Shown piece by piece: positions 39,728 to 53,100 of a stretch of 64,000 nucleotides of DNA (position 1 is the first letter of the stretch; each line of letters starts with the position of its first letter). The DNA is taken from positions 62,001 through 126,000 of the forward strand of contig QPMI01000643.1 in assembly GCA_004431415.1 (NCBI GenBank), in the 5' to 3' direction. This stretch comes from Cyanophora paradoxa CCMP329. Taxonomy: Eukaryota; Plantae; Glaucophyta. Under the pieces are notes generated by a model, which was not told the origin of the DNA, searched no databases, and worked only from the letters and a program-made list of their open reading frames with translations. The translations under genes and the position numbers were made by a program.

Positions 39728-42003
39728 CCCCCGTGCAGGCGCGCCTCTTTGTAGTTAGCGCCTCAATATGTCTTAGCCCCCGTGCCGTGCGCCCCCTTTG
39801 TACATGTCGGCGTTCTTTAGGTAGTCACGCGACGTCGACCCTGAAGCTGCTACTCTTGTCAACTATTGTCGCGTACGTGCGTCGCTGGTAATTATTATTC
39901 TCTGTGGTCGTAATCAGATGTACAAGTCTAGATCTGAGGGTCCCGCCTGAACTTCGGAAACAAATTGCTCGGATAGGTCCGGACAGGCAGCAAGGGGGTC
40001 CGCGTGCCACATGCACGCGCATGTACATGTGTTTTCTCTGTCCAGTTTTCCATGTACGCGTGCACGTGCGGAGGGTCCGGACGTCGACAGCGAAAAATAT
40101 GTTTGATCATGATGGCACATGACGTCGACCAATTACGTATACGTATACTGATCATGACTCAGTCCCGCGCAATGCATGTCTCGTAAGCTTGTTCAACGGT
40201 TATAATTACCTCCCTGGAAAAGAAATGTCGCAAGAAATGGCGAGGCATCCAGACGTATTAATTATAATTAATTAACAGTGTCTTGCATTAAATCTGCCTG
40301 TAGCTCTGGGCTTATGATCACCCGGTGACCCTGCATGCGCACAACTTGGCAAACTCAAGCGACGCTGACAGTATAAGGCATTCAGTATTAATTATCAGTT
40401 CGCGATCGATCAGTCATACATACGTATATATACCGGAATGTGATCGTAAAGGGGCACTGTTGAAACACCCCCCCCCCCCCCTATCTCACCGCCCTCGGCC
40501 TCCGGTCCACGCCGTGTGACGTGCACTCCACCGAAATTGACATGATGATGTGTTCGGTCAGTCGACGCCTTGATTTATTCGAATTCAACGATCCGCAACG
40601 TGCACGTGCGAGCTGCGGCAATTGCAAGCGTACACTCCGATTCTACTTCCTCCTCCGATCCGCCCTCCCTTCCCCCCTCGAGCTCCTCGGTCTCTGCCCC
40701 GCTTCAGAGTGTCGGCGAGACTGTCCTCTTTTCCGTTTCCCCATCATTAATATTCCGGCTCCCTGAAGGGCCCCGGCGGCGAATCCCACGAGCGCCAGGA
40801 AGCGAGACAGGACCCGCAGGTGGGGTATCTAATATATTATGGAGGAGGTACTGTAGGTGAAAGGGGTCCGCAGTGTCGTCGCGCCCGTCGTCACCGCCGC
40901 CGTCACCACCACAGGGGCGCAGACCTGCGCCCCCCCTCCCCCCCCCCCCCCCCCCCCCCCCCCCGGACCGCCTCGCTAGCCTTTGTAAAGCGAGTCCCTG
41001 CGGAGCAGGAGTGGCCTTGGGTCTTGGGGTTTCTCAAGGGGTGAGGGTGGCCGCTCTTTGTTTTAAAACGGGGCCCGCAACCGCGCGCGGTTACTGTTGA
41101 GAGGACTACGTATACGCCGCCTAGTAGCTTCTAGCTTGGTCTAGCAAGCGCCAGCGACACGTATACGCGTACGTATACGCCGATAGCTAGGCTTCGTCGT
41201 ATAGCAACGCCGGCGCATGCTGGCGCGGCCGCGGCGCCGGCGTCGATATCGATCGATATCGCGACGTCGATCGCGACGTCGGCGCCCGGCGCCGGCGCTG
41301 CGCATGCTAGCTAAAGCGCTGGCGCTCGATCGTTAACGTTGATCGCGATCGTTTGCGAAGCGACGCGCGGCGATTCCGCCGGCGAAGCGCCTAGTGACTC
41401 CAGCCTTCCAGCCGGGTACAGAGGCTCTTTGCAATTTCCATCGGCGAAGGGGAAGCAAGCTGGAACCAATGACAATCGCGCTTGTCCGTGAATGGGTGAA
41501 TTGACTTTTTGTGCCAATGGCGATCGGGCTTGACGCGAACAATTTCGTTCGTACGTCCTGTTAGTGCCCATTAGAGGCCTCTCATTGAAAAACCGCCTCG
41601 GCCATCGTGTTCCCTAGGGTCGAAAATGGGTACCTAGGTCCAAAAATTTTCACCTGAATCGCATTTTGAATCCACGGACAGGACAGGCACAGACCTAAGG
41701 GCCTCTCCTTTCCCCAAGGCCGATTTCAGCTCGCGATCAGGATGCCGTGCCCCGAGGGGTCGACATGGAGAAAGTGATATGTGGCTATGAAATCGCGATA
41801 TATGAGAAATTGAGGCAATAGAATCATCGATGCTTCAAATATCAAAGCTCCTGAAACCTCAAGAAAAGCCTCTGTTATAATTATTCGAAGCCTCTGGATC
41901 CTATGGCTCTCTGAATCGAAGCCTGCAGCTGCGGCTTTCACAACAACACATGCGTGGCTGCAATTTATTCTAGATCTGAGCTGTTCGGCCGGAGCTAATT
42001 AAT

Positions 42004-45000
42004 TTACAGGTATACCACTCCAGCTTTGCGTTTGTTGTCCTTCTCGTAGAGGTCCTGCATGCGCATGCTCGCTTGCGGCCTGGCGCCCCGGCGGTCGCGG
42101 GCGTAACGGGCTCTCGATCGCGAACCTGGAAGAGCTGCTGCTTGATGAGGTCCAGGCGCCCCGTGTTCTGGAACGCCTCCGCCTGCTCCTCGGACAGAAG
42201 CTGCAAGCGGAGACCAACCGGGACCGCATTTAGTGCGAAACCAGGAGAAATGGGATTTGGGGAAACTAAAAATTGAAGCCCAAGAGCGATCCGCGCACCA
42301 TAGGGCCGTGGCCCGTGTAGAGAATGATACCAACGTTGCGCATGCGACGCCAGACAATCTGGCGATGCATATGGTGATACGGGTGTCGGAAATAGCAATC
42401 ACGCCGACATAAACGTGCGTGGCGGCGTGCGCATGCGTGGCGTGACGTAAATTTGGAGCGCACGTAGATCGAGTGGCGCTCGGCGCGGATCGTGTTGAGG
42501 AAGAGCAGGCAGGTGATGACGAGGTTGATGAGGCTCGCCGCCTCCGCCATCACCGGCGCGGCCGACTGCGTCGCGAGGGCTTGACCCGGCCGCGATCTGC
42601 TTTAGATCGGTAATAGCTATAGCGCACCTGCGCTGGGTCGTGCTCGATGGCGAGGAGAAGGGAGAGCACAGTCACGTGAGACGCGCAGCTCAGCGCCTGC
42701 GAGAGAGCACGATTAGTGGGCGGCGACCGCGAGAAGCTTGTACTCACCTGGACGAAGTTCTCGAGCAGCTCGACGTGGGGAAGCCAGACGAGCAGGAGCA
42801 CCACCTCGAGCGCGTCGACCCCGATGAGCACGCCAAGCTGCGCCTGCGCCAGTACGTGAATGCGCATGCATGCTGTGCACGTGGATTCAACCGTCTTCCA
42901 GTTCAAAGGTATTAAGCCGTTCAAGCGAGATCTACTAACCTTCATGATTCCGTCCAGCGGATCGCTAAGCAATCCGATGGCGAGCCCCGATACCAGCTTT
43001 CGCAGCAGGCCCCACCTGCACGTCGTGAGCCCGAAATTGGCAGCACTAGCGTCTACGAAATGGCGGCCAAACGAACTGTCCGAACAAAACCCCGCAAACG
43101 GAGTGCTTGAAGCCAGCATACCTACAGCGGATTTAACGTTAGTGCGAACGCATAACAATTTGGATAGATCGGAATAGCGCACAGGGGTGAGTACGTCTGG
43201 CCCCAGTTGGCAATTGGCCAGAAGACCTTGCCTCCACGGCCCAGCTCTTCAGTTTGCCTTTCCGCGTTCAGCCTCCAGAAACCATCTGCACATATGCATG
43301 AACAGAAAACAGAACCCGAGGTAAATAACAATAAGATGCGTATACCTCTAAATTCAAGCATCCGGAGGAGTCTTGAGGAAATGTTGCGTGCTCTCTCTCC
43401 TTTGGAAGCCTTCGCGCTCGCTGGAGGCCTAGGGCGTATTCCCGCGATGGCGTGGGATGCTTCAAGCTCAGCATCCAGGTTTTCGAATCGCGTGTACAGA
43501 ACCTGTACAAGTAGGCACTCGCAGCTTAATATTTTATCAGTCGAGCATTCATAATTTTTCATGTTTATACTACTAGAAAGCACGTCGGGCATTTAGATCC
43601 CATTTGTATCCGGAGCATCGACAAAACCCGAACCTCTTTCTTCTCAAGCAGCCGCTTCGCGACGAGGACCACGGACGCGACGAGCAGGCCGCCCGACACG
43701 GCCGCGAGCATTACGGCGCCGACCAGGCGCCACGCTTGCGAGGAGCCCATGAGGTCCCGCGCAGCGAAGGCAGCGGCAATCGCGAAACCTGATCATGAGC
43801 CCGGCGTCTCAAACGGGCGATATCGATGAAAGCGACTGAATACTTCGTGGGGGCACCCTCGTAGTTGTACATAAGCACCAAGAACTGGGGCTTGAGGAAC
43901 CTGATCACGCGTATGCGTTAGAGTCGCTTAAGCTTGCGGCCGAAGACTCTTAAATAAAGTGCGCCACTCGCCAGAGTATGGTGGGCATGTGAACAAGCCC
44001 GAGGGCTTTCTTGCAGAACTGCACGCACAGGAGCTGCAGGAGCGTAATCTGCGCGAATGTCAGCGCAAAGTGGATGTAGCTATATAATGAAAGGGGGACC
44101 CCGATCATCCAGACTGCGAGGTAGAAGAGGGACTGCTGGAGGAGAGTCCCGCACTTGCGGACGTCCGCGTCGCAGCCGGTGCTCCACGGCAAAGGGAAGA
44201 AGCCCAGCATCCACCCGAGGCCGTCCACCGAGTCTGCAATAATTGATTTTTACGTCCATTCAATATTCGAATTCAACGATTTGTGGGGCGTGTTCTAGAT
44301 CTGCGCATGCAGCAGCGCGCACCCCGGTACTCGCGCGGCATGGTCGCGTTCGAGTTCAGGTTTAATCCGAGGTACGCAGTCATCGCCATGAACTGGGCCT
44401 GTGAGAGAATTCGATTGTAAATTGTAAATGGCAATTCGCAATGAATTTTCTGACTGACATGGTCGACGATGCCCTGCAGATTTGAAGGGCTTGTGACGAT
44501 CAGGGCGCCCACGGCTGAGGCCGCCGAAGAGAGCACGCCTGATGCTGTCGCGACTCCGGATGCCACTCTGCAAGCCCTCGTCGCTTTAGAATTCGAATCG
44601 CTATATATATGCACACGCATAGCTATTAAAGTGTGGCACACCCGATTGGAGAGCCAATTGTTGCAGCAGTGCCAGCGAGCACTCCCGTGCCGACAGTGGC
44701 CGCGGCAGTCCCAGCGGACGTTGCGGCCGATGCGCTGAATGTGCGTGAGAATGCCGATTGCAAGGGCGGCAAAACAGAGTACAGAGCGCACGCAGCAGCC
44801 GACGTCATAGCCCCCGCAACGCTTGCGGCTGCAGATCTGTGGGTACCGGTGGGGCATACGCATGCATGAGCTCGAGTGTCAATAAAACCTCATCGTACGC
44901 ACGCTGCGACGCTTGAACCTCTGTGCCGCAGTACATGCGCGAGCAATCGCGACTGTTAGTCAGGCCGAGTACACCGTGGCACTGGTGCTACGGTACCGCA

Positions 45001-48000
45001 GGCGTGCGGCTGAAAAGCAGCATACATGCATGTACTCACACGGCGGCGGCAGATACTCCTGTGTAGCTTTTGCTGACATCGGGAGCCGTCGCAACGAATG
45101 ACGAGCTCACAGTGGTGCTAGTCACTGCAGCTGGAGCTGGTACCGGAGCTGGGGCCGGCGCCTGCCATTGAAATGCCTGCGAGTGTAAATTGAAGAATGC
45201 TCTAGATTAGATACGAAGTGCAAAAGACATATTCCAAAGCCGAAGTAAAAATAGATATCGAGATTAGGGTCAACTGCAATGCTTTCGCGCACATTTCGGA
45301 GGACGAGAGTTGAAAAAGCTCCATTCGGACTTGCAATTTGCAGGTCGTATGGGGTGTTCGATGCAAACCGTGCTCTCGTCTGGAGAACAACACGACGGTT
45401 CGCCGCCGTTTGAACGGCTATCGGTGGAGCAACTGCATTAAATGGAATGCGACGTGAGAACAAATCCATACTCGGTTTTCTCTTGAATCTCTTCAACGTC
45501 GACGTCGCGCGCACCAAATTCTATGACCTCGCTCGATACTATTTTCGGATTCGTTGCCTCCAAACGCTCGCCAGATGAAGAAGAGCTAATATACAATTCG
45601 ATTGGCTCTCCGACCTGACTCAAGATCGTTCAATGATTTAAATTCAAAGCAGCTCGTGATGTCGCATGCGCACTGGGAAGGACGACCCCCGAATAGTGAC
45701 AGTCCCTCCAGCCTGCGCAGGCAGTCCTCCTCGAACCCACGAATCGAAGGCATTATAACTAAATATACAATTCGAATTCGCGCTTACGTCTGACACTGTC
45801 TCTGGAGACTGCAAACTGGCCGCAACGCTCCCCTCTTTTGACTTGACAACCGCAAGGACATCAGCAGAGCCGACGCGGAATACAGACAACCGAGGCTGCC
45901 GTCAGGTCGACGTCCGCATGCAGTTATAAATTAGCTATGCGCACTCGAAATCGACTTTACTTTATTTCTAAGTCGCACCAGGACAGGTGGATCGCAAGGT
46001 TCTTTGTAGGAGTTCCAGCATCTCGACAGGTTGGCCCATACGAAGGTCAGCAGCCGCACATGACCGATCCGTCCCGCTCCATCAGGTTTCTCCGGAGAGC
46101 CGTCCGCAAGTAAAATGTACGCCGTGAGATTAAAGGCGTCCTGATGCACGCGTACGTTTGCAGATTAGGCCGGGGCCTAGACCTACACGGCGTGCTCATA
46201 TGCATACCTTATTACTGGCCATAGGCTTCTTGACAAGAGAAACCGACACCGGGTACTCCCCCGCGAGGGGGTTCGTGTTTAGGTTGGGTCGAAGCGGAAG
46301 GCGAGGCATGCTCTTCGAATCCAAGTTGATCGGAAGCGCGTCCCCGACCCTCCAGAAGTAACTGCTCGTGTACGGATAGTATACATCCTCGTCTCCAATG
46401 CGTCCTCGCATGTGTGTCGCGTTGAAGTCGCTCTCGTAGTCTCGCACACTAAACAGGCGCCAGTCATAGGCGTTGTCATATATGTTGGTTCTGCCAGCAT
46501 AACCGAATCCAGCCGTAACGAACGACACCCCTGCGAGTGCACGAAAAGAGTCGAGGGGTAGCTCTTCGACGTCTCCGGATCCGTAGCGGTTGTACGTCAT
46601 CCGGTAACAGTGGCGCAGCTCGTCTGTGTACGGCACTCCGAAGAACACAGGAAAATTAACGATAGAGCTGTAAAATATATTGTCGACGTCGACGTCCAAA
46701 GAGATGTTGAACACCTCTTTTACGGTGCGGCTTCTTCGTCCATACCCGCCGATACCGGCGCCCCACCACGGGTTTTGGACGTATTCGCTCTGTCCAAAAA
46801 CAATGTCGAGAGTTGCGACGTCGACGGTGAGGATTGCGGATTGAGTCGAGGTCAAGAACCGGGTTGAGTTGTAAGGCTCCGTGATTGGGAAGAAGACGTG
46901 AATGTACGACGTCTGGAAACCCGAATCCCATCCTCGGCCGAAATGAAATGAGTACCACCGCGTGGTCTCAGGTCGCTCAGAGTAAGCAAGCATAACTGAT
47001 TAGAGATCATGATTGCGTCATCGAGAAAAATGGAACATTCAAATGCACAGGGCGCACCGTTGGAGCATTGCTCAATATAAGGTCGAACGCGATATCCTGA
47101 CCCGTCACTGTTCACGGGCACGGTATTAAAGACGGTCGTCACATTGCCTCCAAAATGAATTGATTGCGTGGCGTTCGTGTACAAGCCGCGTTCAGGATTC
47201 TGGACTCCATAAGCCCGGAACCAGTTCAGTGGCTTCGACAATGGATCTATATACGAAGCCGGCGTCCGCCTCAGTCTGACGCTCAACGCAGTAAACCTTG
47301 AAAAGGAGAAGTTTGCGAGCTCGAGTTCCAGCAAATAGGCGATGGAATGCGAGTCCGCGGTATTCACAACCAGCCCCACCCCTCCAGACACAACCGTGTA
47401 CGTTGTCGAAGTATGTCCGGCGGGCACGACCTGCTCGAAATTCACGATATATATTAGATGCGTATATAGCAGCACAATTGCAACAATCTGAATTATAATG
47501 CATACACGCACCTGTGTTACGAAGAACGCAGTCCCCTCCAGTTCAGCGAGAATGCCGTAAGGCGACAGCAGGTGCGAGGGCAGTGTCTCATCCCGCTGTA
47601 GCAAGTACTCCTCGAGAGCCTCTGTGCTCGACACGTTTGCTGGAACCAGCTTTGCGATTACGTCCCAGACGAACGCGACGCGCGTGATGGACAGCGAAGA
47701 GAGGTCCACGAGGACGGCGCCGTCCGTGCGCTGCATTGCTGACGGGGGAACACTCGTTCGGATGACTAAACGCAGAATGTCATGATCAGTCATCCGAAGA
47801 TCTAGCTATATATATAGCTATGAGAAATAAGTATGATATAATATTAATATTACGGCCCCTACCTTCTGCAGACACGTTCAAAGAGCGACCGATCTCCGTG
47901 CCAAAGACAGCAGCGCCGCGTGTTGACACGATTGCGGCGCACCCACCCCCAGGGACGTTCGTATAATAGATGGGGTTCCCGGGCACGATCTTTGTCCCAG

Positions 48001-49116
48001 CCAAGCCGAAACCAGTCTCTGATTGCGGCCGAGGACCGAAGCCAAACGCGACCGACGTCCGGTTTCCAGCGGTAGCAATGGGGGCATGGGACACGTTAAA
48101 CCCGCGGTAGTTGGAATTCGAAGTTGTGTTCTGCAGACTGCTGTTCGCGCTGCTGAGGGCTGCAGGGTAGAGGCGGAGGGAGCCGTTGCCTGCGTGGTTG
48201 CCGTAGCCAACGACGATTGCACCACCGGGAATGCCGCACGACTCCGGGGCCGGCGCGAGAAACTGGACGAAGGTGCCCGGGTCGCAGCCAGCAAGAATGT
48301 CAAACGAGTAGTCGGGGTCAACGAGGAGCCGCTGTGACACGCCCGTAGGAAGTGGAAACCGGCGCAGGAAGAGATGGCCACTCGACTGATTCGAGGCGTC
48401 GTAGCTCGCGAAGTAGCCTGGTTCGTTCATGACCATGAGCTGCTCAATGTACCAGCCGCTCATGGTATAATTATATATAATTATAATGATCGTACCGAAA
48501 TCGCTAGACGCAGTAAACAGTTGCGATTTGTCGGCGCCCTGTGCAAGTAGAGCATCATAATAATCAGTCGGATCTCCAATGAGCTCGGCCGCCCCGGCGC
48601 CCGACTCGGACGGCCGCCGGGCGCGGACCGCACCTCGGAAGGAAACGTGCCGTTGGGGGTGAAACCTGTGGGCTGGTAGAGAAGGTCTGACAAGAGAGGA
48701 TCGCCGTCCGCGGAGGAGTTCGTGACGAGTGTGTTCTTCCGGAAGTACACGTATGTTCCTTTCAAAATTGCACGCATCACGCATTGCAATACTGTCAGTT
48801 GAGTTTGGGCGGGGTGTGGCGCGGCTGCGAAATCATCACTGAGTCAAGATCATCACCTTCCAAGCGGCTGCCGTCGTCGCTGAAGACAATCTGACCTAGG
48901 CACACGTATTCAGCCGCATTGCCGTATTAACATTGTCAACGTTGACGTTGTCTGACCATTTCCGATTTCCAATTGCGATAGTGCGCACGGGAGAAGAGCC
49001 ATCGCCAGAATGCATAAACTGATCTTGAGGCCTATTAGGTGCGCGCGCGGGGTTGACATTGCGAGCGCGACCGGCCGCGACCGGCCGGGGCAGCTTTCTG
49101 GATCCATCATGTGCAT
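42004..49116 (-). CDS. Large intron-containing membrane protein: signal-like N-terminus, long extracellular region, C-terminal multi-TM domain resembling TRP/FLC-like proteins
   Basis: Hydrophobic LKISLCILAMALLPCALS near the start and long exons at 46196-48784. Serial TM segments in 42450-44800 (QAQFMAMTAYL, LGWMLGFFPLPW, LVGAVMLAAVSGGLLVASVVLV, LLRKLVSGLAIGLL, QLGVLIGVDALEVVLLLVWLP). Exon structure and ends are not fully resolved. Confidence 0.55.
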
Positions 49117-49375
49117 GTTGACGATTGCAACTTGGCAAGCTGCAATTGCGATTGACGTTCCCGCGCTCCAGCCGCAGGAGGAAGTACTAGTACAAGTGCG
49201 CGCGCGTGCACACGTGCGCGCGCGCGTTTTCGAGAGCTAGCGCTAGCTATATAGCTAGCTGCAGTCTAGCGCTAGCGCTGCAGCTGTGAACCTATAGCTA
49301 GCTATAGGCTGCTATCCGGCCAGGGGCTAGCTAGCGTTACTACTCGGCGCGCGGACGCCGGCCTGGAAGGCTGGA

Positions 49376-49870
49376 ACTGCCAGTGCGCACTGCGCCAGTG
49401 CGCACTGCACTAGTACTGCCACAGTGCCACTGCCTGCAGTGCAGCCTGCAGGCTGCAGCCTCAGCCTGGCACTGCTGGGCCAGTGCTGGCAGCTGCGCAT
49501 GCCAGTCTGCGCATATGCATGCACTGCGATGCAGCCTGATGCAGGCTCACTGGCTCACTGAGTCAGAGCCTCTAACTTGCTCTGCCAGTCTGGCAAGCAA
49601 GACAGCAGCGCAGACTGCGCAGTGCGCACTGCAGTGGGAGCATCTGCTGCCACTGCAGTCTGCACTGACTCTGCAGACTCAGTGCAGAGTCGACGCGTAC
49701 GTCTGCTGCGGTCTGCAGTCTCAGAGTCTGCAGCAGTGCAGGCCACTGCAGTGCAGTCTGCAGGGCACTGCAGGCTCACTGAGTCAGCGGCTGTGCAGGC
49801 CGGCGCCCCCGTAGTAGGGGCCCGTACTACTGGGCCCGTAGTGCCGCAGTGCATGCGCAGCTGCGCCGCC
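49376..49870. repeat. Low-complexity tract built from TGCA/CTGCAG/CAGTG/CACTG words
   Basis: Dense, aperiodic recurrence of self-complementary words over ~500 bp. Confidence 0.8.
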
Positions 49871-50198
49871 TGCGCGCGCGAAGCGATTCCAAGACTAAAT
49901 CCAAGTTCATGAATCATGGCCATGGTCAAGCGAATTCGAAGCGGCTGGCCGATCCGCCGGACCGGGGTACAGCGCGCGCATACCAGAATAGCCAATCAGA
50001 ATAATCGGTCACCTGATCCCCAGAATAATAATTAAAGATGTGTGTACCCCGTGTACGTATATGTGTGCGGGCCGCACGGCCCGCTCCGGGGCCCGGGCCA
50101 GGCCGGCGGCGGCCCCGGGCCCCAGTACCGTACACCGGTGCAGTACTAGTGTTGGGTAAAGTTTATTCCCCCAAAATTGCCCTGAAAACTTTCTGCAA

Positions 50199-53100
50199 TT
50201 TTTTTTTTGGTGAATTACCGGCCACAGTCTCTAGACACCAGCACTGCGGGGGCTGCCCAGGGGGCATAAAGACAAAAAAGCAAAATAACTAAGACAAGAG
50301 CACGAAGAAAGATAAGACAAAGAGCCAAAATCGACAATAAAAAAGGAAAGACACAGAGCTCGAGACAGATCGATTGCGAGAAGAGACGATAAATCGAGCA
50401 GATCTAGGGACAGAGGATAACTTTTTTTTGAGTTTTCCGTAGTTTATTAGGGGACAGAGCCCCTGGTACACAAAAAACATCGTTTTCTGTCTACCCTAGG
50501 CCTAGGTCTACCCTAGGCCAACTAATATACTTTAGCCTAGTCTACTCCCCACTATTGGGTCTCCGACTAGGCGCCCCAAGGGCTATACCCTATTGCGAGC
50601 CCCGCCCCCTCTACCCTTGAGGCGGCTCTCTCGGAGCCTCCCCCCCGCGACGGGCCAGGGCCGGTCACGATGGGGTGGGGTAGAGAGGTGGCAGGGGGCT
50701 GGGGCCGGGGAGATTGTTGGGCTGGCAGGCTCAGGGTTTAAAGCCAAGCGGCGAGATCCCAAAGATGAGAAGAGAGAGGAGGAGATCTCCGCGGTGGTAC
50801 CTCACGTGTTCCCGTGCAGGACAGAGGAGCGGGCGTGGAAGGCGGTGGAGGTGGCGGTGTCGGTGGAGCGACAGGGAACAGATGGGACAGGTTGCTGGAG
50901 GGGCGAGATGGGGAGGGTGGAGCTGGAGAGCCCGTTTCGAGAAGAGGAAGGGTGGAGGAGGGGAGGGTGCGGGGAGGAGGCTGGGGTGAGGGCCGGGCCT
51001 CTTCGGTGGGGAGGGCGGGGCGGCGGCCGGTCTTGTGGGGAGGCCGGTCTTGAGGTTCGGGAAGAGGCTCGGGCACAGCTGATGCGGCTGCGGACGACGC
51101 TCCATCCCGCCGCTGGGCGTGACCATGAGCAGCAGCAGGGGTGACGGAAGCTGCTGCAGCTGTTCTAGATCTGCGGGGGCGAGGTCCGGGTCCGGAATTA
51201 TTGCCTCGGGCTGCACGGAATCCCGCCGACTCTTGAATTTCTCGAAGGAGGCGCGGGCGTCGCGTCCGCACTGTTGCCGTGCCGTCGGCTTGTGCCACTG
51301 GTGTGTCAGGCGGGGGCACTTGCGTTGGCGGGCTGTCCTTTGGACTCTGGGGCCTAGCTATAGAGGTGTCGCTGACGGCCGACGGGCGCGGGCGGGGTTG
51401 GAAGAAGGTGCGGATGTCTGCTCGCGAGTTCCGGGCCGCAGGCCTTGGGGTAGGCTGCGCGCTCAGCGGGGGCCGGTATTGGGGTTCCGGTGCGGGCGTG
51501 ACTATTTTGGGCCTGGATGGGCCTGCAATGGCTTCATCTTGGGGGGCGCGGTCTGTCTCGCTGGTTTTGGGGGGCGACACTGGAGCGGTACATTTTCCTT
51601 TGCGTTTGTGCTGCGCCAGGGCTTCGGGGGAGGCAGCAGCGTAACCGCACCGGCAGCTGAGGGGGGCATCCCGTGGCAGTTCTCCCGGGGCCAGCGCAGC
51701 CACCGGTATTGCCCGGGGCTGCTCGGGCTGGGAGGCGGTGCTCGTGGGCGCCTCCGTATCCAAGGCCTGCGAGCCTAGAATCCGAGAAAGAATGAGGCCG
51801 CGCCAGGTGGCGCAGTTAGACACAGTGCCCGTGAAGGAGGGTGTGTAGGCCGTGGGGTCATGTTCCAGAGCACGGACAAGTATTTCGGCGAAGGCACAGA
51901 CGAAAATCCCGCAGTTGAAGCGATCGTTTTGGGCCGGGATGGGGAATCGGGTGGCTGAGGGGAGGGGCCAGGTGAGAGCGTCGTCGGCGCCGGTCGAGGA
52001 GCCTAGGGCTGCGCATTCGCGCTCCATGTTGAGCCATTTTAGGAGGGGCAGGAGTTGACGGCGGGCCTCTTCGGGGCCCGGGAGATTGTATCCATCGTAT
52101 AGTTCAGCACGGCGAGCACGGAGATGGAGGGCTGCAAGGATCCAGTGGCCCGGGGTGTGGATAGGGAAGAGTAATAGGTCATAGTCAAAGACATTAATTC
52201 CGCGCCCAGCGGTGCGACGGCGCAGGCGGGCGCTGCCCGCCGGCGTTATTGTCTGGGGAATAGCGGCGTAGAAAGTGTGCGGGAAAAGTAAGACGCGTCG
52301 GCGAGGGTTAATTTCTCCGCTCGCAAGAAGGTTTAGTCGGGCAAGGTAGTAGTTGATGACGTCGGCGTTCACCCAGGACGAGCCGTTCAGCGTGGCTAGG
52401 TCATGGAGCGATACGGAGGCACTGCCAAACAGTGCAGCGGGGCCGCTGCGGGCTGCCGGGAGCTCTCGGACTGCGCTGTTGGGTAGAGCGCGGGTAGGGG
52501 AGCGGCGTACTTGGGCCCAGGCGGCACGTAATGCAGGTGGGGACGGCGGAGCCGGCCACCCTGCATTACTGGCATTAATATTGGTGATGCTGTTAGCAGC
52601 TGCCGGCCTAGCTACAGGTCTAGGTCTCGGGCTCGAGCTCGGGGCGGCGGTAGGGGGCACCGGCGTTGCGGGTATCGCTGTTGTAGGGGGGGCCGTGGCC
52701 GGCCACGGTGCTGGGGGAGCAGCGCGGGTTCGAGAGCGGCGCGACTGGCTGACTAATTGTAGGTCTGATGAGAGGGTGAGCTGGCCGTTGGGTATCCGTC
52801 GACGCGGGGCCGGGGCCACCACGGTCGAGGGGCTCGTGGGCTCATCCCTAATCCTGGCTGGCATCGACCTCGCCGGTGAGGGCTCAGCAGGGCGCGAGGG
52901 TCGAGGTGCATGAGTTTGGCGGCGAGTAATCCCGTGTCGGCGTTGCCAGGACTGGACTTCGCTATTGCGAGCCTTCCAGATTGCTTGGGTGTAGTCTATG
53001 ATGGTGGCCATAATTGCGTTGGCGCATTTAAGCGCCGCCGGTCTACGTACATCTAAGTAAATCAGGGCAGGGATGAGGCTACGAGGAAGGAGGAGCCTGA

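Noticed and set aside
29377-39758. Many long Arg/Pro/Gly-rich ORFs on both strands
   Set aside because: Artefacts of very high GC and unspliced introns; the real genes are the spliced PSD and cyclase.
40450-41078. Possible MITE bounded by GGGGCACTGTTGAAAC / GTTTTAAAACGGGGCCC
   Set aside because: The inverted match is weak and no TSD is seen.
50490-50590. Telomere-like CCCTAG repeats
   Set aside because: Few, non-tandem copies; they fit the general palindrome bias.
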